This document shows, piece by piece, positions 55,257-64,000 of a stretch of DNA of 64,000 nt. The DNA comes from an uncultured Gammaproteobacteria bacterium (lineage in GTDB: Bacteria > Patescibacteriota > Patescibacteriia > 2-01-FULL-39-33). Where the stretch lies: contig CAZEKG010000001.1 in NCBI GenBank assembly GCA_964512625.1, positions 127,652 through 191,651 on the forward strand, given 5' to 3'. Both the position numbers and the translations under genes were made by a program. A model generated the notes under the pieces. The model was not told where the DNA came from, did not search any database, and saw only the letters and a list, made by a program, of their open reading frames with translations. How positions within the stretch are numbered: the first letter of the stretch is position 1; the number at the start of each line of letters is the position of its first letter.

Positions 55257-55964
55257 TTAATAAGGCCAATTACTTTTCACTTCCTCATACCTTTCCCAAG
55301 TTCCCGTATCGAACCATAAGCCCTCATCCTTGAATCCAGATAACTTTTTTTCCTTAGCCAGTTTAGGGAAAATATCTTTTTCAAACATTAAAAAATCAGC
55401 TTGCTCATCGACATAATCAAAAACTTCGGGACTTAAGAGATAATAACCGCTATTAATGAAGCGGCTAGGCGCCCCTTCTTTTTTCGGCTTCTCAACGAAT
55501 TCCTTAATTAAATGACTATCGAGATCAGCGACCCCGAATTGGCTAGGGTCTTCAACTTCAGTCAAAGCGATCGTAGCGGCGCTTTTATTTTCCTTATGGA
55601 AATCAAACCAAGAAGCTGCATCAAGATCAAAAAGGTTATCGGCATTGACCGTCAAGAAATCTTCTTTGAATATCTCTCCTTGGCGTTTCAATAAAATAAG
55701 GGCTCCCGCCGTTCCCATCGGGCTTTCTTCGATTAAATAATTTATTTTTAAGCCGAAGTCCGAGCCGTCGCCGAAATAATCCATAATCTTATCCGCCAAA
55801 TAACTTACGGAAATATAAAACTCCTTTATTCCTAATCGGCTGGCGATATTAAAAACCTGCTCAATTAGAGTTTTATTTCCGACGGATATTAACGGCTTAG
55901 GCGTTGTTAGAGTCAATGGCTGTAGCCGAGTTCCTTTACCGCCCGCTAAAATTATAGCTTTCAT
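55257..55964 (-). CDS. NDP-sugar pyrophosphorylase (sugar-1-phosphate nucleotidyltransferase)
   Basis: N-terminal ILAGGKGTRLQPLTLTTPKPL signature. Confidence 0.8.
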   Translation of the reverse strand: MKAIILAGGKGTRLQPLTLTTPKPLISVGNKTLIEQVFNIASRLGIKEFYISVSYLADKIMDYFGDGSDFGLKINYLIEESPMGTAGALILLKRQGEIFKEDFLTVNADNLFDLDAASWFDFHKENKSAATIALTEVEDPSQFGVADLDSHLIKEFVEKPKKEGAPSRFINSGYYLLSPEVFDYVDEQADFLMFEKDIFPKLAKEKKLSGFKDEGLWFDTGTWERYEEVKSNWPY

Positions 55965-55973
55965 GCGCTTAAG

Positions 55974-56219
55974 TTAATCTGATATTTTTTCAAACCTAGG
56001 CCTCTTTACGCCGTCAACCTCGACTTCTTCTAAAAACATCTTAAGAGGACGGATCCATAAATCATAATTACCATAACGAGCTTTATAGACCACTAATTCT
56101 TCAAGCGTTTCACTATGCTTAGCAATGCCAATGACTTCATATTCGTTTCCTTTGTAATGGCGATATTTTCCTAGTCCTAATATATTATTTCCCATGGCAA
56201 TTCTTAAATTTCTTGCCAC
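55974..56219 (-). CDS. DUF1653 family protein
   Basis: YRHYKGNEYEV...WIRP...MF pattern. The likely start is a downstream ATG, since this ORF overlaps the secA 3' end. Confidence 0.55.
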   Translation of the reverse strand: MARNLRIAMGNNILGLGKYRHYKGNEYEVIGIAKHSETLEELVVYKARYGNYDLWIRPLKMFLEEVEVDGVKRPRFEKISD

Positions 56220-58908
56220 TACCGCAAGGGCAAGGCTCGTTACGGCCGACTTTCTCGCCGTCGTAATGAGAACTATCCTTAATAATCTTATCAGCCTTGC
56301 GCTCCTGAATTCCTTCGTCGGCCTCCATCGGCGACTTATATGAAGACTCCTTGCTCGGGGCGGAAAATTGCAAATTCTTCGGCGAAGCGTCGGTTTGCGC
56401 CATCTGCTGAGGCGTTACGAAGCCGATCTTAAAAATACTGAAAGCGATTTGTGAATTGATATTATTGAGCAGCTCCCGAAACATACTAATCGATTCTTTT
56501 TTATACTCGACCAGCGGATCTCTTTGGCCATAGCCGCGAAGCCCGATGCCAGTTCTCATATACTGCATAGTTTCCAAATGCTCAATCCAAAGAGTATCTA
56601 TAATTCGAAGTAAAACGGCTCGCTCGACTTGGCGCATCGGCTCAGTCGTCCCGTCTCCGCCAGGCAATGAATTGACCGCTGCTTCCATTTTATTATATTC
56701 CAAAACAGCCAACTTCTTTAAATAATTAACGATCATTTCCCGCGCCATGTAATCATCCTGACCATCTCCCGCTTCCGCTCGAAGCTCTTCCAATTTCTTC
56801 CTTAATTCCGGAGCGACTCTAAAGATAGCGGAGGCTCCTTCGTAAATCGCCTCTAAATCCCAAGTCTTTTCATCTTCCTCAATCGTCTGTTGAGCGACAA
56901 TACTTTCAATCTCCTTATCGAGAGCTTCAATAATAACTTCCTTAGTTCCTTCATTGAATAATATTTCCCTGCGCTTCTTATAAATCGTCTCACGCTGCTT
57001 ATTCATGACATCGTCATACTCGACAAGATGTTTTCTAATATCGAAATTATTGCCCTCAACTTTCTTTTGGGCCTGCTCGATTGATTTTGAAATAATGCCG
57101 TTCTCGATCGGCATATCATCCGGCACGCCAAGAGTTGTCATCATCGATTTCATCCTATCGGAGCCGAAAATCCGCATCAAATCATCATCCATGGAAATAT
57201 AAAACTGGGACTCACCAGGATCGCCTTGTCTTCCGGCACGGCCTCTTAACTGATTATCGATACGTCGTGATTCATGGCGTTCCGTTCCTAATACGCAAAG
57301 ACCGCCAGCTTCGACGACTTTCTTATACTCAGCTTCATCGAAAGGATAGCCGCCTAAAATAATATCAACGCCTCTTCCGGCCATATTGGTTGCAACCGTA
57401 ACCGCTTTAAATTTTCCAGCTTGAGCGATGATATGGGCTTCTTTTTCATGATGTTTAGCGTTTAAGATTTGGCACTCAATACCTTCGCGCGCCAATAAAT
57501 CAGCTAACAATTCATTCTTCTCAATAGAAACCGTGCCAATTAAAACCGGCTGGCCTTTTTCATATCTTTCCTTAACCTCTTTAGCGAGAGCCTGGAATTT
57601 TCCGGTTTCATTCTTATAAATCCGATCATTTAAATCTTTCCTAACCATCGGCCGATTAGTTGGAATCACGACGACTTCCAATTTATAAATCTTAAAAAAT
57701 TCCTCCGCTTCCGTAACGGCGGTACCAGTCATACCGGACAACTTCTTATAAAGACGGAAATAATTTTGAAAAGAAATAGTCGCTAAGGTCTTACTCTCCC
57801 TTTGGACTTCAACATTTTCTTTAGCTTCAATTGCTTGATGCAAACCTTCGCTATAGCGACGGCCGAACATCATACGTCCGGTAAACTCATCGATAATTAT
57901 AATTTCGCCGTCTTTAACTACATAATCGCGATCGCGCTTAAAAAGAGCTTCTGCCTTTAAAGCCTGTTCAATATGATGGACTTCGGTAATGCCCATATCG
58001 GTATAGATATTGCCAACACCTAAGATTTTTTCCACTTTTTCGATTCCGGCCTCCGTTAAGGTTGCCGCTTTCATTTTTTCATCAATGACAAAATCCTCTT
58101 CCTTGTTCAATTTTTTCGCTATCTGGGCGAATTGGGCATACTTCTCGGTCGATTCCATATCGGGCGCCGAAATAATCAACGGCGTTCTCGCTTCATCAAT
58201 TAAAATCGAATCGACTTCATCAACAATGGCATAAAACAGCTCCCGCTGGACCATTTCTTCAGGCGACTGAACCATATTATCCCTAAGATAATCGAAACCG
58301 AATTCATTATTGGTACCGTATAAGATATCGCAAGCATAAGCCTCTTTACGGGAGCATGGTTCAAGATATTGGACATCTAAAACTTCATCGCCTTCGACGG
58401 TTTGCTTGTTCGGATTAAAGCGCAAAGAATTATTCTGTTGTTGAATACAACCGATTGTAAAGCCAAGAAAATTATAAACCCGCCCCATCAAATCGGCGTG
58501 GATTCTTGAAAGATAATCATTAACTGTTACTAGATGAGCGCCCTTGCCGGCTAAGGCATTAAGATACATTGGCGCAACCGCAGTTAAGGTTTTACCTTCT
58601 CCGGTTCTCATTTCCGAAATATGTCCCCGATGCAAAGCGATACCGCCGATCAGCTGGACATCAAATTGCCTCTGACCTAAAACTCTTTTAGAGGCCTCTC
58701 GAACTGTCGCAAAAGCTTCGGGTAAGATATCGTCAAGAGTTTCCCCTGCTGCCAATCTTGCTTTAAACTCGACAGTCTTCTCCTTTAACTGCTCATCAGA
58801 AAGTTTTTCTATCTCGGGCTCCAGAGCATTTATTTTCTCTACTTCATCTTTAATGCTTTTCAAAGCTTTTTCATTCGGATCACCGAAAATTTTATTCAAA
58901 AATGACAT
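56185..58908 (-). CDS. secA: preprotein translocase ATPase SecA
   Basis: DEAD motor motifs, preprotein cross-linking domain, and the C-terminal zinc-binding CPCGSGKKFKNCHG. Confidence 0.95.
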   Translation of the reverse strand: MSFLNKIFGDPNEKALKSIKDEVEKINALEPEIEKLSDEQLKEKTVEFKARLAAGETLDDILPEAFATVREASKRVLGQRQFDVQLIGGIALHRGHISEMRTGEGKTLTAVAPMYLNALAGKGAHLVTVNDYLSRIHADLMGRVYNFLGFTIGCIQQQNNSLRFNPNKQTVEGDEVLDVQYLEPCSRKEAYACDILYGTNNEFGFDYLRDNMVQSPEEMVQRELFYAIVDEVDSILIDEARTPLIISAPDMESTEKYAQFAQIAKKLNKEEDFVIDEKMKAATLTEAGIEKVEKILGVGNIYTDMGITEVHHIEQALKAEALFKRDRDYVVKDGEIIIIDEFTGRMMFGRRYSEGLHQAIEAKENVEVQRESKTLATISFQNYFRLYKKLSGMTGTAVTEAEEFFKIYKLEVVVIPTNRPMVRKDLNDRIYKNETGKFQALAKEVKERYEKGQPVLIGTVSIEKNELLADLLAREGIECQILNAKHHEKEAHIIAQAGKFKAVTVATNMAGRGVDIILGGYPFDEAEYKKVVEAGGLCVLGTERHESRRIDNQLRGRAGRQGDPGESQFYISMDDDLMRIFGSDRMKSMMTTLGVPDDMPIENGIISKSIEQAQKKVEGNNFDIRKHLVEYDDVMNKQRETIYKKRREILFNEGTKEVIIEALDKEIESIVAQQTIEEDEKTWDLEAIYEGASAIFRVAPELRKKLEELRAEAGDGQDDYMAREMIVNYLKKLAVLEYNKMEAAVNSLPGGDGTTEPMRQVERAVLLRIIDTLWIEHLETMQYMRTGIGLRGYGQRDPLVEYKKESISMFRELLNNINSQIAFSIFKIGFVTPQQMAQTDASPKNLQFSAPSKESSYKSPMEADEGIQERKADKIIKDSSHYDGEKVGRNEPCPCGSGKKFKNCHGK

Positions 58909-58976
58909 AATTAATAGTTATTACTAGTTAGGGTATTTTATCAAAAAGACCCTAAAAATGCAACTTTTGTCAAATA

Positions 58977-59000
58977 TAAAAGCCGATCTGTTTAGATCGG
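58977..59000 (-). terminator. terminator downstream of cassette e
   Basis: AGCCGATCT-GTTT-AGATCGGCT followed by a T-rich run on the minus strand. Confidence 0.55.
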
Positions 59001-59222
59001 CTAGTCATGCCCGTAAAGACGGTATTGACCCGTCTTCTCATCAAGACTCAAGCGGGCATCTTCCCTGAGAACCTCGAGGCGTCTTGTGACTTCCTCTAGC
59101 TCAAGAAAAATGCCTCCGGCGGCCAGTTTGCTGGCGACTTGCTCCGGAGAAAGACGAACCGTCTTCCTCGTAAACAAGTTAAACCAAATCACTCTATAAG
59201 CGGGTCTGGTAATAAGACTCAT
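59001..59222 (-). CDS. hypothetical small protein, GC-rich (cassette e, downstream gene)
   Basis: 73 aa. Start overlaps the upstream stop by ATGA. Confidence 0.45.
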   Translation of the reverse strand: MSLITRPAYRVIWFNLFTRKTVRLSPEQVASKLAAGGIFLELEEVTRRLEVLREDARLSLDEKTGQYRLYGHD

Positions 59223-59560
59223 GCCACCTTCTCTCCTTCGGCTCGCTCCCTAATGCAAAAACAGAGGAGGGCGCAGCACTTATTGCTTCGCCGACTGCCA
59301 AAGCCCTCGAGTTCCAAGGTCCCGGACTCCATATCGATCCAATTGACGATATGAAACTCTCTCGTCAGGTCGTGAAGGACTAGCGACCCTTCTTCGATCT
59401 TCTGAGACGAGATCCAATCTAGTCTTTTCCTAATCTGCTCTCCTCGCGGATCTGAGAGTCTTCTCGCTTCCTGCCGATGCTGTTCGCCGATTACTTCATC
59501 AGCCAGCCGGCCAATCTCTCTCCCCCGAAAATGCCGGAATCTTTTCCCCATAGTTGCCAT
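59219..59560 (-). CDS. hypothetical small protein, GC-rich (cassette e, upstream gene)
   Basis: 113 aa, Arg-rich N-terminus, ~50% GC; RBS GGGG. Confidence 0.45.
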   Translation of the reverse strand: MATMGKRFRHFRGREIGRLADEVIGEQHRQEARRLSDPRGEQIRKRLDWISSQKIEEGSLVLHDLTREFHIVNWIDMESGTLELEGFGSRRSNKCCALLCFCIRERAEGEKVA

Positions 59561-59613
59561 GATTGCTTTTCCCCTTTTACCCTTCGATTGAATGTACTAC
59601 TACCCTAAAAACT

Positions 59614-59659
59614 AAAAAAGTGTACTTTATATAGTAACACTTTTTTAAAATAATTGCAA
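59614..59659 (-). promoter_or_regulatory. promoter TTGCAA-17-TACTAT with overlapping 10-bp inverted repeat (operator-like)
   Basis: Minus-strand -35 at 59654-59659 and -10 at 59631-59636. AAAAAAGTGT-N13-ACACTTTTTT (59614-59646) spans the -10 and the transcription start. Confidence 0.5.
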
Positions 59660-59672
59660 TACCCCTTAGCTT

Positions 59673-59972
59673 TTAACTGCTTTTTTCCTTATATTTAACC
59701 AATTCCATCTTTAATTTATCCCTAACTTCATTAATTGATTTAGTTATATTATCGGTTTCCGCCTCGGCCCGCAAAAGCTTCTTAGGAACAACCAAGTTAA
59801 CCTCAGCTCGGAAAATATCCCCCTTATTATGATGAAAAGTAGTAATCCCAACCTCTATATCCGCTTCCAGGATGTTATTATAATACTTAGATAACGACCT
59901 GACTTTCTCCTCTATCGTTTCCTTGGCCTCCGCCGTCAATTTAACATTGGTAGCCTTGATTTTGATTTCCAT
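59673..59972 (-). CDS. hpf: ribosome hibernation promoting factor (HPF/RaiA, short form)
   Basis: Sigma54-modulation/S30EA fold: MEIKIKATNVKLT...EVNL. Confidence 0.85.
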   Translation of the reverse strand: MEIKIKATNVKLTAEAKETIEEKVRSLSKYYNNILEADIEVGITTFHHNKGDIFRAEVNLVVPKKLLRAEAETDNITKSINEVRDKLKMELVKYKEKSS

Positions 59973-60043
59973 TTTTTTAAGGTTATTAATACTCTCAAAC
60001 GGTAATAGTATTTTAACCTTTAATTTGTTTCAATTTATTTTTT

Positions 60044-61012
60044 TTAAAATCCTAAGTAGGCTATTTCCTCGACTAATTGAATATTGAATCTTGACCTAAC
60101 CTTTTGCTTAATCAAACTTATTAGAATGATTACATCTTCGGCCTTAGCCGTTCCATCATTAAAAATTAAATTGGCATTATTTTCATCAATCACGGCGCCG
60201 CCGATAGTCTTACCTTTAAGATCGCAACTCTCGATAAGCCAAGCGGCCGGAATTACTCGACTAGAATTAAAAGCTTCTGGTAATTCGATACTCTTATTCT
60301 TTAATTCATCAGCTAAGCCGCTATCAAGCTCGACATTCTTAAAAATACTGCCAGCGCAGGCCAAATCGCGGAACTTCTTATTTCTTACGGCAATAATCTC
60401 TTTTATTTTATTTTTCATTTCTGTTGGATCAGCTTTCTTTAATTTCAATAAGGCGGAAATAATGAATAGCGGTTCGGTACTTTCCTTAAAAATACTGCGC
60501 CGATAGGAAAAACCGGCGTTCTCCGCTTTCATTTCCTTTATCTTACCAGCTTTAAAATATTTTATAGAAACTAGCGAATCGGAAATACTGGAACCGTAAG
60601 CTCCCGCATTGCCGTAAATCGCGCCTCCCAAGGTCCCCGGAATTCCCGAAGCCCATTCCAACCCAGACAATCCGGCCCCGACACTCTTACCGATTACCTT
60701 CGCCAAGCTCGCTCCGGCGGATGCCTCGATAAAGTCATCGTACGCTTTAATCTTATCGCCGATATACTTAATCACTAAACCGTCATAACCTTTATCGGCA
60801 ACCAAGATATTACTCCCACCACCCAAGATAAAATAAGAGGCTTTGTATTTTTTAGCCGCTTCGAGAGCTTGGGCGACTTCTTTTTCGCTTTCCAATTGGA
60901 GATAATATTTAGCCTCTCCACCGATCTTAAAAGTAGTCATCCCTTTCAAGGGATAGCTTTTTTTCAACTTGTCGCCGAATAAATCGGCTAATTTATTTTC
61001 CAGATTTGGCAT
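60044..61012 (-). CDS. murB: UDP-N-acetylenolpyruvoylglucosamine reductase MurB
   Basis: FAD-binding N-terminus (MTTFKIGGEAKYY, ILGGGSNILV) and C-terminal MurB domain. Confidence 0.85.
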   Translation of the reverse strand: MPNLENKLADLFGDKLKKSYPLKGMTTFKIGGEAKYYLQLESEKEVAQALEAAKKYKASYFILGGGSNILVADKGYDGLVIKYIGDKIKAYDDFIEASAGASLAKVIGKSVGAGLSGLEWASGIPGTLGGAIYGNAGAYGSSISDSLVSIKYFKAGKIKEMKAENAGFSYRRSIFKESTEPLFIISALLKLKKADPTEMKNKIKEIIAVRNKKFRDLACAGSIFKNVELDSGLADELKNKSIELPEAFNSSRVIPAAWLIESCDLKGKTIGGAVIDENNANLIFNDGTAKAEDVIILISLIKQKVRSRFNIQLVEEIAYLGF

Positions 61013-61205
61013 TTTTTCTAAATCTAGTCGAATCTTTTATTCTTATCTTTCTTTTCCTTGATACTGAAGCGAAGCCTTTATTAGAAGCTAAAACCGCCTG
61101 CTGGCCTGAGAAGCCTTGGCCGATAACTTTCTTAATTTTCTTTTTCCGCTCCTTCTCTAAAGCCGCCTGGAGCCTATCAAAATCCTGATAAGGCATATTG
61201 AACAA
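60993..61205 (-). CDS. hypothetical small basic protein between murC and murB
   Basis: 70-aa ORF, Lys/Arg-rich. Overlaps the murB start by 20 nt; may not be expressed. Confidence 0.25.
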   Translation of the reverse strand: MFNMPYQDFDRLQAALEKERKKKIKKVIGQGFSGQQAVLASNKGFASVSRKRKIRIKDSTRFRKNAKSGK

Positions 61206-61233
61206 AAATATTATTCAAGCTTAATTTTTTATC

Positions 61234-62625
61234 TTAGCATTTTCCATTACAAATATTTTTTGCCAGTTCATGAACTGTCCCGGCTCCCATAAGTAAGATT
61301 ATATCAAAATCATCCATTCTCTCCATTAACTTCTCTCCGGTCGACTTCAAATCACCCGAATAGGAAATATTAGCGCCAAGGGCGCGAGCCGCCAAAACTA
61401 ACTTTTCCGAGTCGACATCGAAATCTTTAGGATTTTCCCGTCCCTCGACGAAATAAATATCAGTTAATAAAGCTTCATCGGCGCCATTAAAGGATTCGGA
61501 AAATTCCTTAAAAAAATTCTTAGTCCGATTATATTGATGAGGCTGAAAAATGCTTAAAATCCTTTTTCCAGGATAAAACTCCTTAGCGGCGCGGATTGTT
61601 TTATCAACCGCATCCGGCGTATGGGCGTAATCGGAAATGACTGTTTTACCCTTAAACTCCCCAAGGATTTCAAACCTTCTCCAAGCCCCCTTAAAACCGA
61701 CTAAAGCGGAACTAATAACTTCCCAATCAAGGCCAAGGCTTCTAGAAACGGCAATCGCGGCCAAAGCGTTATAAATATTAAATAGTCCGGGAATCATTAA
61801 ACTGAATTGATATGAACCCCCTTCGACAGTCTTTACCTTAAAAAATTGCCGGCCGGCTTCGACTCTTATTTCTTCCGCTTTAAAATCGGCTTCGCTCCTT
61901 AGACTATAAGTCGTTTTCTTCGCCTGACAAGAAGCAACGGCTTCTTTAGAATTTTCATCATCATTATTGATAGCAATCAAACCGTTTTCCGGTATCTGAT
62001 TTAAATAATCAGAAAAAGCCGATTTAATATCCGCAAGATCTTTATAATAATCAAGATGATCAGCTTCAATATAAGTTATAACTGCTGCCATCGGATTATA
62101 ATTGATGAAAGCTCGGCGATACTCATCGCTTTCGAAAATAAAGTATTTTCCCTTGCCGACTCGGGAATTGCCGCCAAGATAATCGACTTTACTACCGATG
62201 ACTATTGTCGGATCTTCCTGCGCCTCTAAAAATATCTTACCGAGCATAGCCGTAACCGTTGTCTTGCCATTAGTTCCCGAAACACCGATCGAATAATGAT
62301 CCTTCATTAATCGGCCAAGTAACTCCGGATAAGTAAGTTGTTTTATTTTTAACTCTCCGGCTCTTTGACGTTCCGGATGATCTTCTGCGATAGCGACGGT
62401 ATAACAAATCAGATCAGCATCTTCCGGCACATTTTCCGCCCGCTGAGGAGACATAACTTTTATCCCTTCGCGCTCCAATTGCTCGGTAATTTCGCTAGCA
62501 TAAGAATCACTGCCGGAAACCTCCACGCCATAAAAATGAAGAATCCTGGCCGCGGCCGAAATCCCGATCCCGCCGATCCCGATAAAATAAGCTTTCTTAA
62601 TTTTTTTCAAATCAAAATTATCCAT
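61234..62625 (-). CDS. murC: UDP-N-acetylmuramate--L-alanine ligase MurC
   Basis: N-terminal Rossmann IGIGGIGISAAA and Mur ligase P-loop GTNGKTT. Confidence 0.9.
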   Translation of the reverse strand: MDNFDLKKIKKAYFIGIGGIGISAAARILHFYGVEVSGSDSYASEITEQLEREGIKVMSPQRAENVPEDADLICYTVAIAEDHPERQRAGELKIKQLTYPELLGRLMKDHYSIGVSGTNGKTTVTAMLGKIFLEAQEDPTIVIGSKVDYLGGNSRVGKGKYFIFESDEYRRAFINYNPMAAVITYIEADHLDYYKDLADIKSAFSDYLNQIPENGLIAINNDDENSKEAVASCQAKKTTYSLRSEADFKAEEIRVEAGRQFFKVKTVEGGSYQFSLMIPGLFNIYNALAAIAVSRSLGLDWEVISSALVGFKGAWRRFEILGEFKGKTVISDYAHTPDAVDKTIRAAKEFYPGKRILSIFQPHQYNRTKNFFKEFSESFNGADEALLTDIYFVEGRENPKDFDVDSEKLVLAARALGANISYSGDLKSTGEKLMERMDDFDIILLMGAGTVHELAKNICNGKC

Positions 62626-62633
62626 GCCTAGAT

Positions 62634-63698
62634 TTATTTTTTTAAAATGTTATTAACAATCAAATCCACTACTCTTTTAGCGCCATCATTAGGCATCATC
62701 TCGGAGATCTTCTTAGCTAAGTTGTCTTTCTCCTCTTCACTGCCGACCAAGCCTTTAACGACATCAGCAAAAGCTTGTGGCGTCAAAGAGTCTTCGGAAA
62801 GAACAATAACCGCATCATGTTTTTGGAAATACCGGGCATTATCTTCCTGATGACTCCTTGGCATCGGGATTAAAATAGTCGGCTTCTTCATAATTATTAA
62901 TTCGGAAAGGGTCGAAATTCCCGCCCGACTAATAACTAAGTCAGCGGCGCAAAGAGCTTCCAACATCTCATGAGTCAAAAACTCAAACTGGAGATAATTC
63001 TCCGCCTCAACATCAAAACTCTTGCCCTTGCCGGTAATGTGAATCACTTGAGCAAACTGAGTTAATTGAGAAATCGACTTAGCGACTAACTCATTTATCT
63101 TTATCGCTCCCGTTCCGCCGCCAAGAATCAAGACAGCCGGAAGATCTTCTCTAAGCTTGAAAAAGGCGCGGCTACTTTCACAATCGCCGGAATAAAATTC
63201 CCGCCTTACTGGATTACCGGTTAAAACGGTCTTATGAGGAGAAAAATCTTTTAAGGAAATCTCGAAGGAAACGGAAATCTTAGTTGAGACATTAGCCATC
63301 AACTTATTAGCTAGTCCAGGAACAATATCCTGCTGATGAATTAAAACCGGCACCCGTAAAAGCCAAGCGGCATAAGCGACCGGTACGCCTACAAAAGCGC
63401 CAGCGATAATAACAATATCCGGCTTGAACTTCATAATAATTAGAAGACTTTGGAAAAACCCGCCTAAGATTTTAAAGGGATCTAAAAAATTATGCCAATC
63501 GAAATAACGCCTTAACTTTCCGGAAGCGATCGCCCTGAAAGGAATCTTGTAACTTTCGATTGATTGTTTTTCCGGACCGGCCTTAGTGCCTAAAAAAAGA
63601 AATTGCGATGAGCCCTCTCTTTTTTTGACTTCTTCATAAATAGCGACTAAAGGACTGACTGAGCCCATAGTTCCGCCTCCGGCAAAAAGTATTTTCAT
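62634..63698 (-). CDS. murG: UDP-N-acetylglucosamine--N-acetylmuramyl-(pentapeptide) pyrophosphoryl-undecaprenol GlcNAc transferase MurG
   Basis: N-terminal GGGTMGSVSPLVAI G-loop; GT28 two-domain architecture. Confidence 0.9.
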   Translation of the reverse strand: MKILFAGGGTMGSVSPLVAIYEEVKKREGSSQFLFLGTKAGPEKQSIESYKIPFRAIASGKLRRYFDWHNFLDPFKILGGFFQSLLIIMKFKPDIVIIAGAFVGVPVAYAAWLLRVPVLIHQQDIVPGLANKLMANVSTKISVSFEISLKDFSPHKTVLTGNPVRREFYSGDCESSRAFFKLREDLPAVLILGGGTGAIKINELVAKSISQLTQFAQVIHITGKGKSFDVEAENYLQFEFLTHEMLEALCAADLVISRAGISTLSELIIMKKPTILIPMPRSHQEDNARYFQKHDAVIVLSEDSLTPQAFADVVKGLVGSEEEKDNLAKKISEMMPNDGAKRVVDLIVNNILKK

Positions 63699-63720
63699 AT
63701 CCGTTTAAAAGCTTAATAAT

Positions 63721-64000
63721 TTAAGAATGCTGTTTCGATATATTACCTAAAATTCCGACGGCTGCCAAGTTAATCATTAAAGAAGTACCGCCGTAAGAAA
63801 TGAACGGCAACGTAATTCCTGTCATCGGCATAATGCCCAACATCGAACCAATATTGAAAAAAGCCTGAACCCCGAACCAAACCATAATACCAACGACAAT
63901 CAAGCTGGCGAACTTATCATTAGTTTTTTGAGCCAGTTTCAGTCCTCTAATTATCATGAAGAAGAAAACCATAACTAATAAGACGCAAAAAATGAAACCC
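63721..64000 (-). CDS. ftsW: SEDS protein FtsW (C-terminal part; gene continues beyond window end)
   Basis: C-terminal TGITLPFISYGGTSL motif. N-terminus lies outside the window. Confidence 0.75.
   Translation of the reverse strand, partial: GFIFCVLLVMVFFFMIIRGLKLAQKTNDKFASLIVVGIMVWFGVQAFFNIGSMLGIMPMTGITLPFISYGGTSLMINLAAVGILGNISKQHS

Noticed and set aside
1-64000. CRISPR arrays, rRNA genes, integrases or transposases, and alternative genetic code (UGA recoding)
   Set aside because: No regularly spaced direct repeats with unique spacers were seen. No rRNA-like conserved stretches. No recombinase motifs in any ORF. Several genes terminate at TGA (for example 17451-17453), so code 11 is used.

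Overview
This is a 64-kb window from a low-GC (about 37-40% by eye), gene-dense bacterial chromosome with small-genome, CPR-like character. It uses the standard genetic code (TGA is used as a stop). Most genes lie on the minus strand. The housekeeping content is recognisable and includes a dcw cell-wall cluster split into two blocks, ribosomal proteins, translation and RNA-processing factors, SecA, LexA, a MacAB-type ABC exporter, the diadenylate cyclase CdaA, and tRNA-Gln(CTG) and tRNA-Glu(CTC). There is no CRISPR array, no rRNA, and no integrase or transposase. The most striking signal is compositional: at least six short cassettes (123-461, 9421-9825, 10994-12031, 28082-30309, 41039-41692, 59001-59560) are markedly GC-richer (about 47-55% by eye) than their surroundings. 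Each encodes orphan proteins and each appears to carry its own near-consensus sigma70 promoter and rho-independent terminator, like moron-type horizontally acquired cargo. One of them is a dUTPase fused to a dCMP deaminase. Another sits next to tRNA-Glu. A third is a two-gene pair with an ATGA overlap and a palindromic operator across its -10, which is toxin-antitoxin-like in architecture. Other observations: a ~290-bp MITE-like element with ~60-bp terminal inverted repeats; a 20-mer shared by two loci; a tRNA-like fragment and candidate sRNA beside tRNA-Gln; a textbook MraZ operator (three tandem GGTGAAWW 10-mers); a putative furanose-glycan gene trio; and RF1 with PET in place of PAT/PVT. 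All GC values are visual estimates, and no database searches were possible.
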